DNA from: a virus
Lineage: Duplodnaviria; Caudoviricetes
Direction: 5' to 3' (one strand)
Virus record (IMG/VR): IMGVR_UViG_3300011336_000452
Span: 1 to 34,930 of that record
DNA length: 34,930 nt
The translations under genes and the position numbers were made by a program. Under the pieces are notes generated by a model, which was not told where the DNA came from, made no database searches, and worked only from the letters and a program-made list of their open reading frames with translations. Each line of letters starts with the position of its first letter. Position 1 is the stretch's first letter. Shown piece after piece: positions 7,642 to 16,692 of this stretch.

Positions 7642-9441
7642 CTAATTAAATGGTGGTGGCGTTGGATTTGCACCCGGTAAAACATCTCCATTTTCCACAG
7701 GTTGTAATTTGAAAATATCTCTAATTTCGTTTACTGTTAATGATTCAAGCATTTTATTTGCTACAATTGGACTTACAGTTTCAAGAATTGAAAGCAATTT
7801 TTGATCAGCTTCTGCCTTACTAGGTAAGATATTGTATTTGACAATTTCAGATTCAACAAACGAATTAAATTCGTTTTCTAATACTTCAATAGGTTTTGAA
7901 TGGTCTGAAATATCCCAAAAATCCGCAAATATAGCTTTTTTGTAAGCTTCTTTTTTACCAAAAAGCGAGTTTACTTGTTCAACTGTTTGATGAATATAAG
8001 GTTCTAAACGTGCCTTTTTAAGTTGAACGGCTTGCATGTACAAATCACTTTTATATTTGGAAATGATAAACTCATTCAATAACCTGTCTAAAATCGTAAC
8101 TGGGTCACCTTTCTCTTTGGATTCGTTGTATTTATTCAATATAACATCCGGACTTTCGATGATGTATCTACGCCCGTACGATTTGTAATAATATACTTGG
8201 TCTGTTTCAATTGGAACTACCAAACGTAATACCATTTTCGCTAGGAAATTATGTACAAATTCCACGTTTGAACTAATCTTTGAAAGCTCATTTGTTATCG
8301 GTTGTGTATCGATAAATTTACCTGTTGCCGTGTTATTTTGAGCGGCTTGTTCCATTGTTCCCCAAATGGTTGATTCTATTTTCAGCTCCATTTGTTTAAG
8401 GTCATCATTGTATTGTTTCCAAACTTCAATAGATGGATTAACATACCCGGCTACATTCGGAGTTAATACAGGATCTCCCTCACGCGGTGGCGTTACACTT
8501 ACGACGTCTGTAACATCTGACTTTTGAAGTATTCCTTTACCGTTACAAATTTTACAAGGCTCTGCGCCAGTCTTTCCAGTTCCTTGACACGGACGGCATT
8601 TTTGTTCGTACCTCCAATGAATCGGAAATCCATTTTGAAACTTATAAATAGTCAAAACAGATTTGTCACGTGCGTAATCCTTTGCAAGTTCAGCTACTTG
8701 ATCCACCATTGAAACGCGAATGTCACTACCTACAAGTGAATTATCTGAAATAACTATTCCCGGAACTTGTTTAAAAGGATGTATAAACGATTTTTCTTCA
8801 AAGAATTTAAACGAATTGCCCTCTTGAATGAAAAAGTATTCATTTTGACTATCGACAAAACGCCAAATTTTGGCAAGTGAATTGGTTTCTAATTTATATA
8901 TTTTTGGCTCAAAAATAATGTATTCAATTTCTTGACCGTCTGCATCGTAATAACGAATATCATTGATTGATTTGTACGTTGGATAACATTCTTTGATAAC
9001 GCCGTTTTCCATTTCGTATTCTAGAAAAATAACCCCGTTTGGATCGACGTCCCAAAGGTTAAAAAATGTATCTGAAAGATATTTTTCAATGGATTTTTGT
9101 CCTTTAAAATTGGTAATTATATTCTCAAATGTGGCTTTAAGATTTTCGCTTTCAATGCGTACAACCTCAGAACCCCCAACCGCTTCAAATACGTTATAAC
9201 GTTTCTTGAATACTCGGTTAAACATATCTCGAATATCCTTAGCGTATTTACGCCTAGCAACGGCACGCTTTGAACTTTCAATATGTTCAATTCGATCGAT
9301 TAATAATTCATGGAATTTTTCACCTGTTACAAGTGCCTTAAGCTCATCACTTTTAGAACGTGCCTGTAAAACCCATTGAGAGGTTGTTTGGTATTTCTTA
9401 ATCTTTTCAAGTGCCTGTTCAGGCGTGAATATTTTTACCAT
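7642..9441 (-). CDS. Portal protein with DnaJ-type zinc-finger insertion
   Basis: 599 aa immediately after TerL; contains CRPCQGTG and CKICNGKG. Confidence 0.8.
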   Translation of the reverse strand: MVKIFTPEQALEKIKKYQTTSQWVLQARSKSDELKALVTGEKFHELLIDRIEHIESSKRAVARRKYAKDIRDMFNRVFKKRYNVFEAVGGSEVVRIESENLKATFENIITNFKGQKSIEKYLSDTFFNLWDVDPNGVIFLEYEMENGVIKECYPTYKSINDIRYYDADGQEIEYIIFEPKIYKLETNSLAKIWRFVDSQNEYFFIQEGNSFKFFEEKSFIHPFKQVPGIVISDNSLVGSDIRVSMVDQVAELAKDYARDKSVLTIYKFQNGFPIHWRYEQKCRPCQGTGKTGAEPCKICNGKGILQKSDVTDVVSVTPPREGDPVLTPNVAGYVNPSIEVWKQYNDDLKQMELKIESTIWGTMEQAAQNNTATGKFIDTQPITNELSKISSNVEFVHNFLAKMVLRLVVPIETDQVYYYKSYGRRYIIESPDVILNKYNESKEKGDPVTILDRLLNEFIISKYKSDLYMQAVQLKKARLEPYIHQTVEQVNSLFGKKEAYKKAIFADFWDISDHSKPIEVLENEFNSFVESEIVKYNILPSKAEADQKLLSILETVSPIVANKMLESLTVNEIRDIFKLQPVENGDVLPGANPTPPPFN

Positions 9442-10715
9442 TGAATGTTAGATCCGTTATTATCAATTATATCCATTGCAGCATATCGAAATGAATCACA
9501 TAAATCCGACCAATCATGGTTTGGCGTTCCGCTCTTTGCATCGTGCCAACGATAATTGTTCATTGCCTTTTGCAAATTTAAACTATTAGGACATATAATC
9601 AAAGTGTAACTTTGCAAAGTTTTTATACCGTGTTTTACGCTATCTTTTCCTTTGCGGCATCTTTCGATATTAAATCCCTCTTCATATAGGTCTTTTATCA
9701 TTCTACGTTCGGCGGCATCCGCAATAATCAAATTTATATACCCTACTCGATTTGCAAGTATTGCTTTTAAAGCATCGTACGAAGTATTGTTTTTGAAGTA
9801 AATTTCTCGAATATAAATGCGTTTTGTTCCCTCATCGACTGCGACTTCGGTTAAAGCATCTGGATCGTTCGATCCAAAGTCAAGCCCAAATACGCTAGGG
9901 ATTTCCTCATTAAATTCGCCTAGTTCCCAATTGTCATAAATAACCCCCTCTTGCCTATCCAACCAACCCCCTAAAATAACGTGTTTGTAGTATTTGTAAT
10001 CTCGAATAACTGAATTTGGCTGTAATTCCTTTTCAAGTTGTGGCAAAGATTTGTAGTATTCGTACATAACACGCTTTTGCTCAAACTCTTTGAATATGTT
10101 TTCAGCAATAAATTTGCGTGGCATATCTTGGTAAGTGGTATGTATGTAAAGGATATTGTTGTGAATACCGTTAAACCCTTCGACAATACCGTATTTCTCA
10201 AAGAATTCAGTATATACCCAATGTTCTTTTGTCGTTGGATTAAGCACCAAAATAGAAACGTTTGGCACGTCAAATGATCGTATCGACTTTTTGACCTTAT
10301 CCCAGTCCTCAAAACTTGGATGCTCTTCCGCTTCTTCTAAAACAAACATCGAAAAGTCTTTTAAGGATTTCAATGAAGCGGTTTGATTACCGGAACTCGT
10401 TTTTATTCCTTTGAATACGATTTTACCTTTGTTGTGGCGCACGTTAATACGTCCTTTTGTGATCTCAAAATTACTTTCAAAGCCTAGCATTTCAATCTTT
10501 TCGTTAAACTCTGGAATGATTGAATCGTCTGCACTCGTCAAAGTGTAACGTGTGTATAAGCAACGGTGGGCATTAATCGAAGTATGGTAACAAACTGCCA
10601 AACCAACAGCAAAAGACTTTTGAGAATAACGACCTCCAGTTATTATAATTGTGTCAATTCCTTTTGGAATGTTGAATAAAGGTTGGTATTTCTCGCTTAT
10701 TTCAATGTTATTCAT
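9435..10715 (-). CDS. terL: Terminase large subunit (PBSX-like)
   Basis: Walker A GGRYSQKS, Walker B VLEEAEE, LNP motif, nuclease GLDFG and DLCDSFRY. Start moved to ATG 10715, which overlaps the TerS stop. Confidence 0.93.
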   Translation of the reverse strand: MNNIEISEKYQPLFNIPKGIDTIIITGGRYSQKSFAVGLAVCYHTSINAHRCLYTRYTLTSADDSIIPEFNEKIEMLGFESNFEITKGRINVRHNKGKIVFKGIKTSSGNQTASLKSLKDFSMFVLEEAEEHPSFEDWDKVKKSIRSFDVPNVSILVLNPTTKEHWVYTEFFEKYGIVEGFNGIHNNILYIHTTYQDMPRKFIAENIFKEFEQKRVMYEYYKSLPQLEKELQPNSVIRDYKYYKHVILGGWLDRQEGVIYDNWELGEFNEEIPSVFGLDFGSNDPDALTEVAVDEGTKRIYIREIYFKNNTSYDALKAILANRVGYINLIIADAAERRMIKDLYEEGFNIERCRKGKDSVKHGIKTLQSYTLIICPNSLNLQKAMNNYRWHDAKSGTPNHDWSDLCDSFRYAAMDIIDNNGSNIQW

Positions 10716-11214
10716 TCTTGTCTTTGGACGTGAATACGATTTGAGGCACATTGTTCACCTTTTCGCCGTCACTTGTAACATCAATCTTATCACCGTATTT
10801 TTTCGGGTGCATCTTTGCTAGCATCCATTTACGGGTATCTATTTGTAGCTTATTTCGGTGTATTACGTTGTGGTCAACTCGCTTATTTCCGTCTTTATCG
10901 ACGTAAATATCAGCTTCTTGTTTATCTGCAATCTCAATCATTTCCTCAAATATTCGATCTGCCCTTTTTTGACAAGCACGCGCGTATCTTTTGGCGTTAT
11001 ATTCCTCAGAATCAAGCCAAATATAAAAAGATTTTGTATCGAGTTTAAGCCTTTCAAGTGCCTTAAATAGACTAAGTCCCTCAAACTCAATTATTTTCAA
11101 AACGTGTTCAAAATTTTCGGGTTTATTTTTGATTTTTGAGGAGTCTTTTCGAGGTCGTTTGATGTCGGTTGTATTTCTTTTAGGTCGTTTAGGTGTATTT
11201 TCAGGTTTTTTCAT
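10708..11214 (-). CDS. terS: Terminase small subunit
   Basis: N-terminal HTH plus RKWMLAKMHPKKYGDK motif; directly upstream of TerL. Confidence 0.85.
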   Translation of the reverse strand: MKKPENTPKRPKRNTTDIKRPRKDSSKIKNKPENFEHVLKIIEFEGLSLFKALERLKLDTKSFYIWLDSEEYNAKRYARACQKRADRIFEEMIEIADKQEADIYVDKDGNKRVDHNVIHRNKLQIDTRKWMLAKMHPKKYGDKIDVTSDGEKVNNVPQIVFTSKDKNE

Positions 11215-11217
11215 GGT

Positions 11218-11424
11218 TTAAAATTTATTAAACAAACGTCTAATTAAATAACCTCGAATAAATGAGGCTATAAAAAAGACAAAAGTTATTATCAAATTTT
11301 GATTGATAGAAACTTCAATTTGCATAGCTGGGTAAATTATCAATTGAATTAAAAATGAAATAATTAATCCAATTACTACGTTAAAAAAAGATTCGATTGC
11401 ACTATTTTTTTTTGATTGTGGCAC
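11218..11424 (-). CDS. Small membrane protein (2 TM)
   Basis: 68 aa, two hydrophobic stretches, GTG start. Confidence 0.7.
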   Translation of the reverse strand: MPQSKKNSAIESFFNVVIGLIISFLIQLIIYPAMQIEVSINQNLIITFVFFIASFIRGYLIRRLFNKF

Positions 11425-11464
11425 TTATTTTTTTTTTGAAGAGTTTTTAATGTTTTTTTTTTAT

Positions 11465-11492
11465 CAAAGATAATATTTATAATTCAAATTTA
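11465..11492 (-). promoter_or_regulatory. Tandem -7 boxes upstream of packaging operon
   Basis: TAAATTTG (11485-11492) and TATCTTTG (11465-11472). Confidence 0.5.
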
Positions 11493-11517
11493 CTTTTGTA
11501 AGATTTGAGAATGAGTT

Positions 11518-11704
11518 TAGGTGACAATAAACAAGTTATCCCTCCCCTCCCAATAAAAAGGATAACTTATTTACCACCTATTTACTTCCGTTGAGTTCTC
11601 GAAGTCGTTTGAGGCTGATGTCGGGTAACAAGTTAAGAAAACCCATTTACATCATTTAAGACAAATTGCATACGCGCACCTTTTATCGGTTCTGAACTCT
11701 AACG
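11518..11704. ncRNA. Candidate structured non-coding element
   Basis: Nested stems TAGGTG/CACCTA, AAGTTATCC/GGATAACTT, CGTTGAGTTC/GAACTC-T-AACG, TGATGT/ACATCA, GGGT/ACCC; no ORF. Confidence 0.4.
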
Positions 11705-11736
11705 TATCGCCGTCCGTTGCATTTTGTTATGGGAAC

Positions 11737-11840
11737 AAAAAAACCCTACTAGTGTCAAGCCAAGTAGGGAATTTTAAGTATGAATTTGATAAGAAAATCC
11801 AAATATAATAATCTACCTTGACTTAGACAAAACAAAATTA
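11737..11840 (-). promoter_or_regulatory. Promoter + kissing-loop terminator leader (copy 1)
   Basis: TAATTTTG, 5' hairpin loop GTCAAG, terminator CCCTACT/AGTAGGG plus T run with loop CTTGAC. Confidence 0.6.
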
Positions 11841-12071
11841 CATTTATTTTTCATAGTGTCAAATGGTAGGTTTATTTTTTTATGAAATTCCACTAAAACC
11901 AAAAATAAACAGGTTAAAACCTATCTATTTCAGCTGTTTTTGTATGAATAAGTTATTTTACTTGCATTAATATTTTTAATTAATCGGTATTTCCGATTTT
12001 GTTGTTAAGTGATTGTTGTATATGCGCCATTTATGGCGGTTAGCAGCAAGTTATGGCACATTAAAACGATG

Positions 12072-12326
12072 CCATAACAGCAAATAGGCTCAATTTTTAA
12101 GATAAATCAAAATTACCTAAATTTTGCAACTCAATTAATATTTGAGTTTGTAACCATTCTACTTTTTCTACTGTCCAGTATTTTTTTAATGGAGTATAGT
12201 TTCTTCTAATCTCATTGAGTAGCAAAATTTTATCTGCTGTACTCATTTCTAAAATCTTATTCATATTTATAATTTTTATCTTTTCTTTTTGCTTAAAAAA
12301 CTAAGCCAAGTTGCAAAACGTTAGTT
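12072..12326 (+). repeat. attC-like imperfect palindrome B enclosing a gene
   Basis: CCATAAC-A-GCAAATAGGCTCAATTTTTAAG ... CTTAAAAAACTAAGCCAAGTTGC-AAAAC-GTTAGTT. Confidence 0.65.
12097..12264 (-). CDS. Small hypothetical protein (55 aa) inside attC-like loop
   Basis: Hand-translated MNKILEMSTADKILLLNEIRRNY...GNFDLS; A-rich leader; stop codon lies within the palindrome arm. Confidence 0.7.
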   Translation of the reverse strand: MNKILEMSTADKILLLNEIRRNYTPLKKYWTVEKVEWLQTQILIELQNLGNFDLS

Positions 12327-12330
12327 GCAA

Positions 12331-12537
12331 TTAAAGGCGACCAACTATTTCTTCCAAATCATCTTCTCTGTGTAATGGGCAAACTTCATAAGCGAAATCT
12401 TTAAGGTCTGAAATCGCCTTTGACTGTTCGCTTCGCTCACTAACACTAAATAAAAGCAATAACTGCTCTTGTGCTTCTACAACAGCTATTTGTCCATCAT
12501 TTAGTTTGGTACATATTTTATAAATTTTTTCTTTCAT
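12331..12537 (-). CDS. Small hypothetical protein (68 aa) reading through an attC-like arm
   Basis: Starts 3 nt inside palindrome A; QLLLLFSVS is encoded by the arm and GTTAG core. Confidence 0.7.
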   Translation of the reverse strand: MKEKIYKICTKLNDGQIAVVEAQEQLLLLFSVSERSEQSKAISDLKDFAYEVCPLHREDDLEEIVGRL

Positions 12538-12569
12538 ATCGTTACTGCTTTTATTATTTTACGTTATAA
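12438..12569 (+). repeat. attC-like imperfect palindrome A
   Basis: CACTAAC-ACTA-AATAAAAGCAATAAC ... GTTACTGCTTTTATT-ATTTTAC-GTTATAA. Confidence 0.65.
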
Positions 12570-12646
12570 TCAAGTGGCTAATTTTTACACTAGCCACTTT
12601 AAAAAAGAGCTTAATTCTGTTCAAATGGTAAGAATTAAACTACGTT

Positions 12647-12699
12647 AAAACCCCCTAACTCGTTAAAACTATCCTAGGTTTTTGGTTTACTAGGGGGTT
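12647..12699 (-). terminator. Probable terminator at end of recombination operon
   Basis: AACCCCCTA ... TAGGGGGTT long hairpin followed by TTTT on the minus strand. Confidence 0.5.
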
Positions 12700-12789
12700 G
12701 TATTGGTTTACCAGAGCCAAATATTGACCCTATAAGACAACGCTCTGAGGTGCGAGTGTTATAGGGTAGGTTTTGCCGAACCTCAGTTT

Positions 12790-13005
12790 TTAAAATATCA
12801 ATTTAATCAATCCATAAATAGCAAATACAACTACTGTTCTCACTAGGCTATTAAACACTTTCTTTTCATCGTAAATCCACTTTTGGATCGGTGAACAAGT
12901 CATCCACCAACAAAATGAAAGTATTATTCGATCAATTCCAAATAGCGCTATTGCAAATGGTAATAGCGTAAATCCTAAAATCAATTTGAGTTTATTTTTC
13001 ATCAC
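12790..13005 (-). CDS. Small membrane protein
   Basis: 71 aa with hydrophobic N- and C-terminal segments. Confidence 0.7.
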   Translation of the reverse strand: MMKNKLKLILGFTLLPFAIALFGIDRIILSFCWWMTCSPIQKWIYDEKKVFNSLVRTVVVFAIYGLIKLIF

Positions 13006-13011
13006 TTAAAT

Positions 13012-13233
13012 TTAGTTATTTTCTTGAATAATTCTAGTTATTTCAGCTTGAATTTTTCCGATAGTGTGACTTGAAAGGGCGCATTTGCCTTGAAGAAACA
13101 TATTTATTTTCATTGAATTCATGTAGTTGTATTTCCGGGCAATTGTTGGAATGGTAATGCAATACTTTTCGGTAAAGTTATTCCACTTTTCAATGATGTT
13201 TTTTTCGTATTGTGTTGGCGTGAATTCAATCAT
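13012..13233 (-). CDS. Hypothetical protein, possible HTH
   Basis: 73 aa; coupled to the upstream gene; IPTIARKY...INMFLQGK pattern is weakly HTH-like. Confidence 0.6.
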   Translation of the reverse strand: MIEFTPTQYEKNIIEKWNNFTEKYCITIPTIARKYNYMNSMKINMFLQGKCALSSHTIGKIQAEITRIIQENN

Positions 13234-13691
13234 GATAATAGTTTTTCGTTTTCTTCGTTAATTTCAACTTCTGCATTGCTATTCAACACTTCGACAATAT
13301 TTGTCTTTTTGACCTCGATTTTTTCATAGTCAACTTGAAATTTCTCAAAGTATTCAATGATTTCTTTGTTGGCATTTTCAATTGAATTAGCTTCGACAAG
13401 TAATCTGTTTGTGATTTGTTTGCGACCGCCTTCATCGTCAATCGGTGTGTATTTAATTTTAACCAAATAAAACCATTCTAAATTGTCTTTTATGATTGAA
13501 TCCTGAATGTTGTATCTATTGATTGATAGAATGATTAATTCACCTTTTACGTGCGCCCCTATTTGCTCGTAAATTACAGCTTCAACATCCGTAAAGCTAT
13601 ACGCATTGATTAGATATTCCTCTTTTATGTATTTGTAAGTGCCATCGTCTTGCTGTTTTACGTATTTTACTTTTGCTAAAAATGGATTCAT
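13230..13691 (-). CDS. DUF4494-like protein (Bacteroidota)
   Basis: KVKYVKQQDDG...EEYLINAYSFTDVEA and a duplicated second half ending KKTNIVEV. Confidence 0.7.
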   Translation of the reverse strand: MNPFLAKVKYVKQQDDGTYKYIKEEYLINAYSFTDVEAVIYEQIGAHVKGELIILSINRYNIQDSIIKDNLEWFYLVKIKYTPIDDEGGRKQITNRLLVEANSIENANKEIIEYFEKFQVDYEKIEVKKTNIVEVLNSNAEVEINEENEKLLS

Positions 13692-13882
13692 TTTGTTTTA
13701 AGTTTTTTGTTAATACTTTCTTTATTTTCAATACCGAGTGCCATTTGAATTGCACCTCTAATTATAAATGATTTCGGAGTAATTGAGTTTCCTTGTGATA
13801 ACATTACTTCAATGCTTTCGAGTAGTTGCAGTAATTCGAGATTTTGTTTTTCTAAGTTTACTATTCTTGTTGTTGTATCCAT
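13688..13882 (-). CDS. Hypothetical protein
   Basis: 64 aa, coupled (ATGA overlap). Confidence 0.65.
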   Translation of the reverse strand: MDTTTRIVNLEKQNLELLQLLESIEVMLSQGNSITPKSFIIRGAIQMALGIENKESINKKLKTK

Positions 13883-13885
13883 TTT

Positions 13886-14608
13886 CTAAAAATTTTCTAG
13901 GTTAATAATTTGTCCTTTTGTGGCAATTGTTGTAGGTATAGCAAACCTTTCAATACATTCTCGTTTAAATTTTTGCTCATCTGATGAGGTATCGGATAAG
14001 TGAATTAAAATGATGTTTTTGCATTGCGTTAAATTCAGTTTTTCAAGTGTAAGCATTGCAGTCTGAAAACTCATATGCGCTTTGTAACGACGTTTGTTTA
14101 TGTAGTCATCTGACTTTTTAGATACGATTTCCTCGCAGAAATTAGCCTCGATAATTACATGATCGAATGCCATGTTAAAATTCCATTTCAATCTGTATGT
14201 ATCTGTAATAAATAAAACGCTCCCACAGTCAGAATTATTGATAATAAATCCCATTGTTTGAGGTGAATCGTGTTCAACTTCAAATGCCGAAATCCAAAAG
14301 TCATTTACTTTGTACGTGCGTAAATGTTCAACTTCTTTGTAGCGTTGTTCTTTGCTTATTTTTAACGTGTCAAAAGTTCCTTTGGATGCAAGTACAGGTA
14401 CGCCGTTTTGCATTACTTGTTTGATTGATTTGGAATGATCTCCGTGCGCATGAGAAACAATACATGCTTTAACCTTAAACCAATCATAATTTAATGCTTT
14501 TACTATTTCTTGGTACTTGACCCCACACTCAATTAAGAGCGTGGAATCTTTCCCATTTAAGATATAGCAATTGCCAATACTTCCAGATGAAATTACTTTT
14601 AATTCCAT
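13886..14608 (-). CDS. MBL-fold metallo-hydrolase (probable exonuclease partner of RecT)
   Basis: SSGSIGN, SHAHGDH, EHD, TDT, EANF, AHMS and IHLS motifs. Confidence 0.9.
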   Translation of the reverse strand: MELKVISSGSIGNCYILNGKDSTLLIECGVKYQEIVKALNYDWFKVKACIVSHAHGDHSKSIKQVMQNGVPVLASKGTFDTLKISKEQRYKEVEHLRTYKVNDFWISAFEVEHDSPQTMGFIINNSDCGSVLFITDTYRLKWNFNMAFDHVIIEANFCEEIVSKKSDDYINKRRYKAHMSFQTAMLTLEKLNLTQCKNIILIHLSDTSSDEQKFKRECIERFAIPTTIATKGQIINLENF

Positions 14609-14611
14609 GTG

Positions 14612-15619
14612 TTAAAACTTCATTTCGGGTTGTGTTTCACTTGCTGGCGTGTTTGTTTTAACAGGCTCGCTAGCTTCAATTTCAAATACAACATCCGTTG
14701 CCGTAGTTTCGTTTACTATTTCGTGTTTAACATCTTCAGTAAATGTTGTTTCAGGCTCGTCAAATTCAGTCTTTGACGTGTCACCAAATACGCTAATAAA
14801 CTGTTCGTTAATCTTTTGCGAATCAATTGTGATGTCGTTGTATGCAGCTCGGTAAATAGTCTTGTAAACCATTTCATCGAACCAACCTTCAATTTTTTCT
14901 TTCCCAGATGCTTTACCACCTGAATAAGTAGTCTTTTCACCTCCCCAAAATTCAGCACTTGCGTATTTTGGTTTACGTTTTTCAATGTCGTGCAAAGTAA
15001 AAAATCGTAATCTGTTTTTTTCGGGATTTGAATTAAAAATATGATAATAAAAACCGCCAACAATTTGACCTCTGTTTTTCCAATCTACAATTTCAAATTC
15101 ATATTTTTCAATTAGATTATCGTAGCTTTTTTTGATAGGTTTAAATAAGTCATTTTCATAAATAACCTCTATAATTACATGGTTAGGCACTTCGGTTTCA
15201 AGTCCAAATTTTGTAGCTTTCAATCCTAATCCACGATAACCAATAATCGGTGTAATCTCGTACTTGTTGGTGTGGCCGTTTTTATACGGGATGAGGTTTA
15301 CGTGATTAGGCTGTAATGGGTCAAGGCCAACGCCTGACAATGGCACTACTTTAAGCGCTAAATCAGTCATGTTTATATTTTCCCACTTGTAAGCTAGTTG
15401 TTCTCGGTTTTGTTCAGGTGTTTTTAGCCTTTTTGTTTCAGCTAATTGTAACGATTGATCGAGTTTAATAAAGTAGTTTTGAATTAATTTCTTTTGAAAT
15501 ACGGTTAATTCAACCGTACCTGCGTTTGCTGAAAATTCTTTCAATACAGCTCCGGTAAATCGCTCACTTGCAGCCATGTTTTTAGTAGCTGGCTTTGCTA
15601 CTTGTTCATTTTTTTCCAT
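14612..15619 (-). CDS. recT: RecT-family single-strand annealing recombinase
   Basis: GLDP...LIPY...IGYRG...W...FDEMVYKTIYR motifs; acidic C-terminus. Confidence 0.85.
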   Translation of the reverse strand: MEKNEQVAKPATKNMAASERFTGAVLKEFSANAGTVELTVFQKKLIQNYFIKLDQSLQLAETKRLKTPEQNREQLAYKWENINMTDLALKVVPLSGVGLDPLQPNHVNLIPYKNGHTNKYEITPIIGYRGLGLKATKFGLETEVPNHVIIEVIYENDLFKPIKKSYDNLIEKYEFEIVDWKNRGQIVGGFYYHIFNSNPEKNRLRFFTLHDIEKRKPKYASAEFWGGEKTTYSGGKASGKEKIEGWFDEMVYKTIYRAAYNDITIDSQKINEQFISVFGDTSKTEFDEPETTFTEDVKHEIVNETTATDVVFEIEASEPVKTNTPASETQPEMKF

Positions 15620-15640
15620 AATTTGATGTTTTATTTTTTA

Positions 15641-15648
15641 CAAATATA
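15641..15648 (-). promoter_or_regulatory. -7 promoter box for recT
   Basis: TATATTTG 21 nt upstream of the ATG. Confidence 0.65.
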
Positions 15649-15669
15649 CAATAAATTCTTATTCAAAAA

Positions 15670-16047
15670 TCAATTATTTGAATTATTTTTTAGTGAGAGT
15701 TCTTGATTGTTCAAAGCGAAAACAACATTTTGCCATTCATGGACAAACTCTACTTTTGTTATGTAAGCATTTGTTTCTCTACAAGTCACATAGTAAAATT
15801 CGTAATCGGGTAGATATTTAAGTCTAAATCTGTCAAAAATAAATTCATCACCAATTTTAATTGCATCAAAATTAAATAACCATTCATCGGTTAGTGGGAT
15901 TGGTTTTAAACAAGTTCCAACATAAAAACTATTTGTATTATCGTGTATTTTTACAATGTTATTTTCTCTAATTTCAGTAATTATAACGTGTCCTTGTTTA
16001 CCGTTTAAATAATTACCAATCCTAAGTTCATTTGCTTTTAGTGTCAT
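15670..16047 (-). CDS. Hypothetical protein (ELRIGN...HxxQN family, paralog 1)
   Basis: Shares terminal motifs with 21942..22334 and 22347..22760. Confidence 0.75.
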   Translation of the reverse strand: MTLKANELRIGNYLNGKQGHVIITEIRENNIVKIHDNTNSFYVGTCLKPIPLTDEWLFNFDAIKIGDEFIFDRFRLKYLPDYEFYYVTCRETNAYITKVEFVHEWQNVVFALNNQELSLKNNSNN

Positions 16048-16232
16048 AATTCTTGTATTTCTTGTTTAACTTCTTGCCAATATTCTTTTCTTACTTGCAT
16101 AAAACCCCAATCGCTTTCAACTGCTATTAAAATCTCATCAACCGTTATTAAAGCGCATTTTTTAGCATTATCAGTTTCACCTAATTTATCAAACTTCATA
16201 GCTAACTCTATTGCTTTCTCTTTAGGACTCAT
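16044..16232 (-). CDS. Hypothetical protein
   Basis: 62 aa, ATGA-coupled on both sides. Confidence 0.75.
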   Translation of the reverse strand: MSPKEKAIELAMKFDKLGETDNAKKCALITVDEILIAVESDWGFMQVRKEYWQEVKQEIQEL

Positions 16233-16612
16233 AAATTATCAATTTTAATGTTTACATTTTCATAAAAATTACATCGAATACGTAATTTTATTAGTTCTAA
16301 TTTTTTAAGTGAGCTACATTTCATTACATCGATTGCTAAATTAAATGTTAATTCAGGTTTTTTAAATGCAATACGTATCTTATCTGTGTATTCAAAATAC
16401 AAAGCATCCTGTATTCTTTCGTAATACTCATGAACTTTTACACCGTAAATTATTGTAGAGTGTTCACGTCCAAAAATTTCACCTATTTCATTGTAATTCA
16501 ATCCGTGTTCATAAAGCAAGTTGTAAAGAAAATACCTTTGATATGTAACGGTTCTTTTTTTGCAATATGCCGTTAAATTGTTTTGCTTTATGTATTCAAT
16601 TATCTTTTCCAT
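16229..16612 (-). CDS. HTH protein, DnaA domain IV-like
   Basis: LNYNEIGEIFGREHSTIIYGVK matches the DnaA C-terminal IGxxFGRDHSTV signature. Confidence 0.75.
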   Translation of the reverse strand: MEKIIEYIKQNNLTAYCKKRTVTYQRYFLYNLLYEHGLNYNEIGEIFGREHSTIIYGVKVHEYYERIQDALYFEYTDKIRIAFKKPELTFNLAIDVMKCSSLKKLELIKLRIRCNFYENVNIKIDNL

Positions 16613-16691
16613 AGTTTCTAATTATTCCGATTGATATTGTTATTATTCCTACACTAAATAGTAGTAGCGCCATCTTTGCTTCTTCTGTCAT
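16596..16691 (-). CDS. Small membrane peptide (31 aa)
   Basis: Hand-translated MTEEAKMALLLFSVGIITISIGIIRNYGKDN; fills the gap between neighbours. Confidence 0.5.
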   Translation of the reverse strand: MTEEAKMALLLFSVGIITISIGIIRNYGKDN

Positions 16692-16692
16692 C

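Noticed and set aside
11405-11462. Long T homopolymers as phase-variation tracts
   Set aside because: Mostly in an A-rich leader typical of Bacteroidota genes; no evidence of a frame break.
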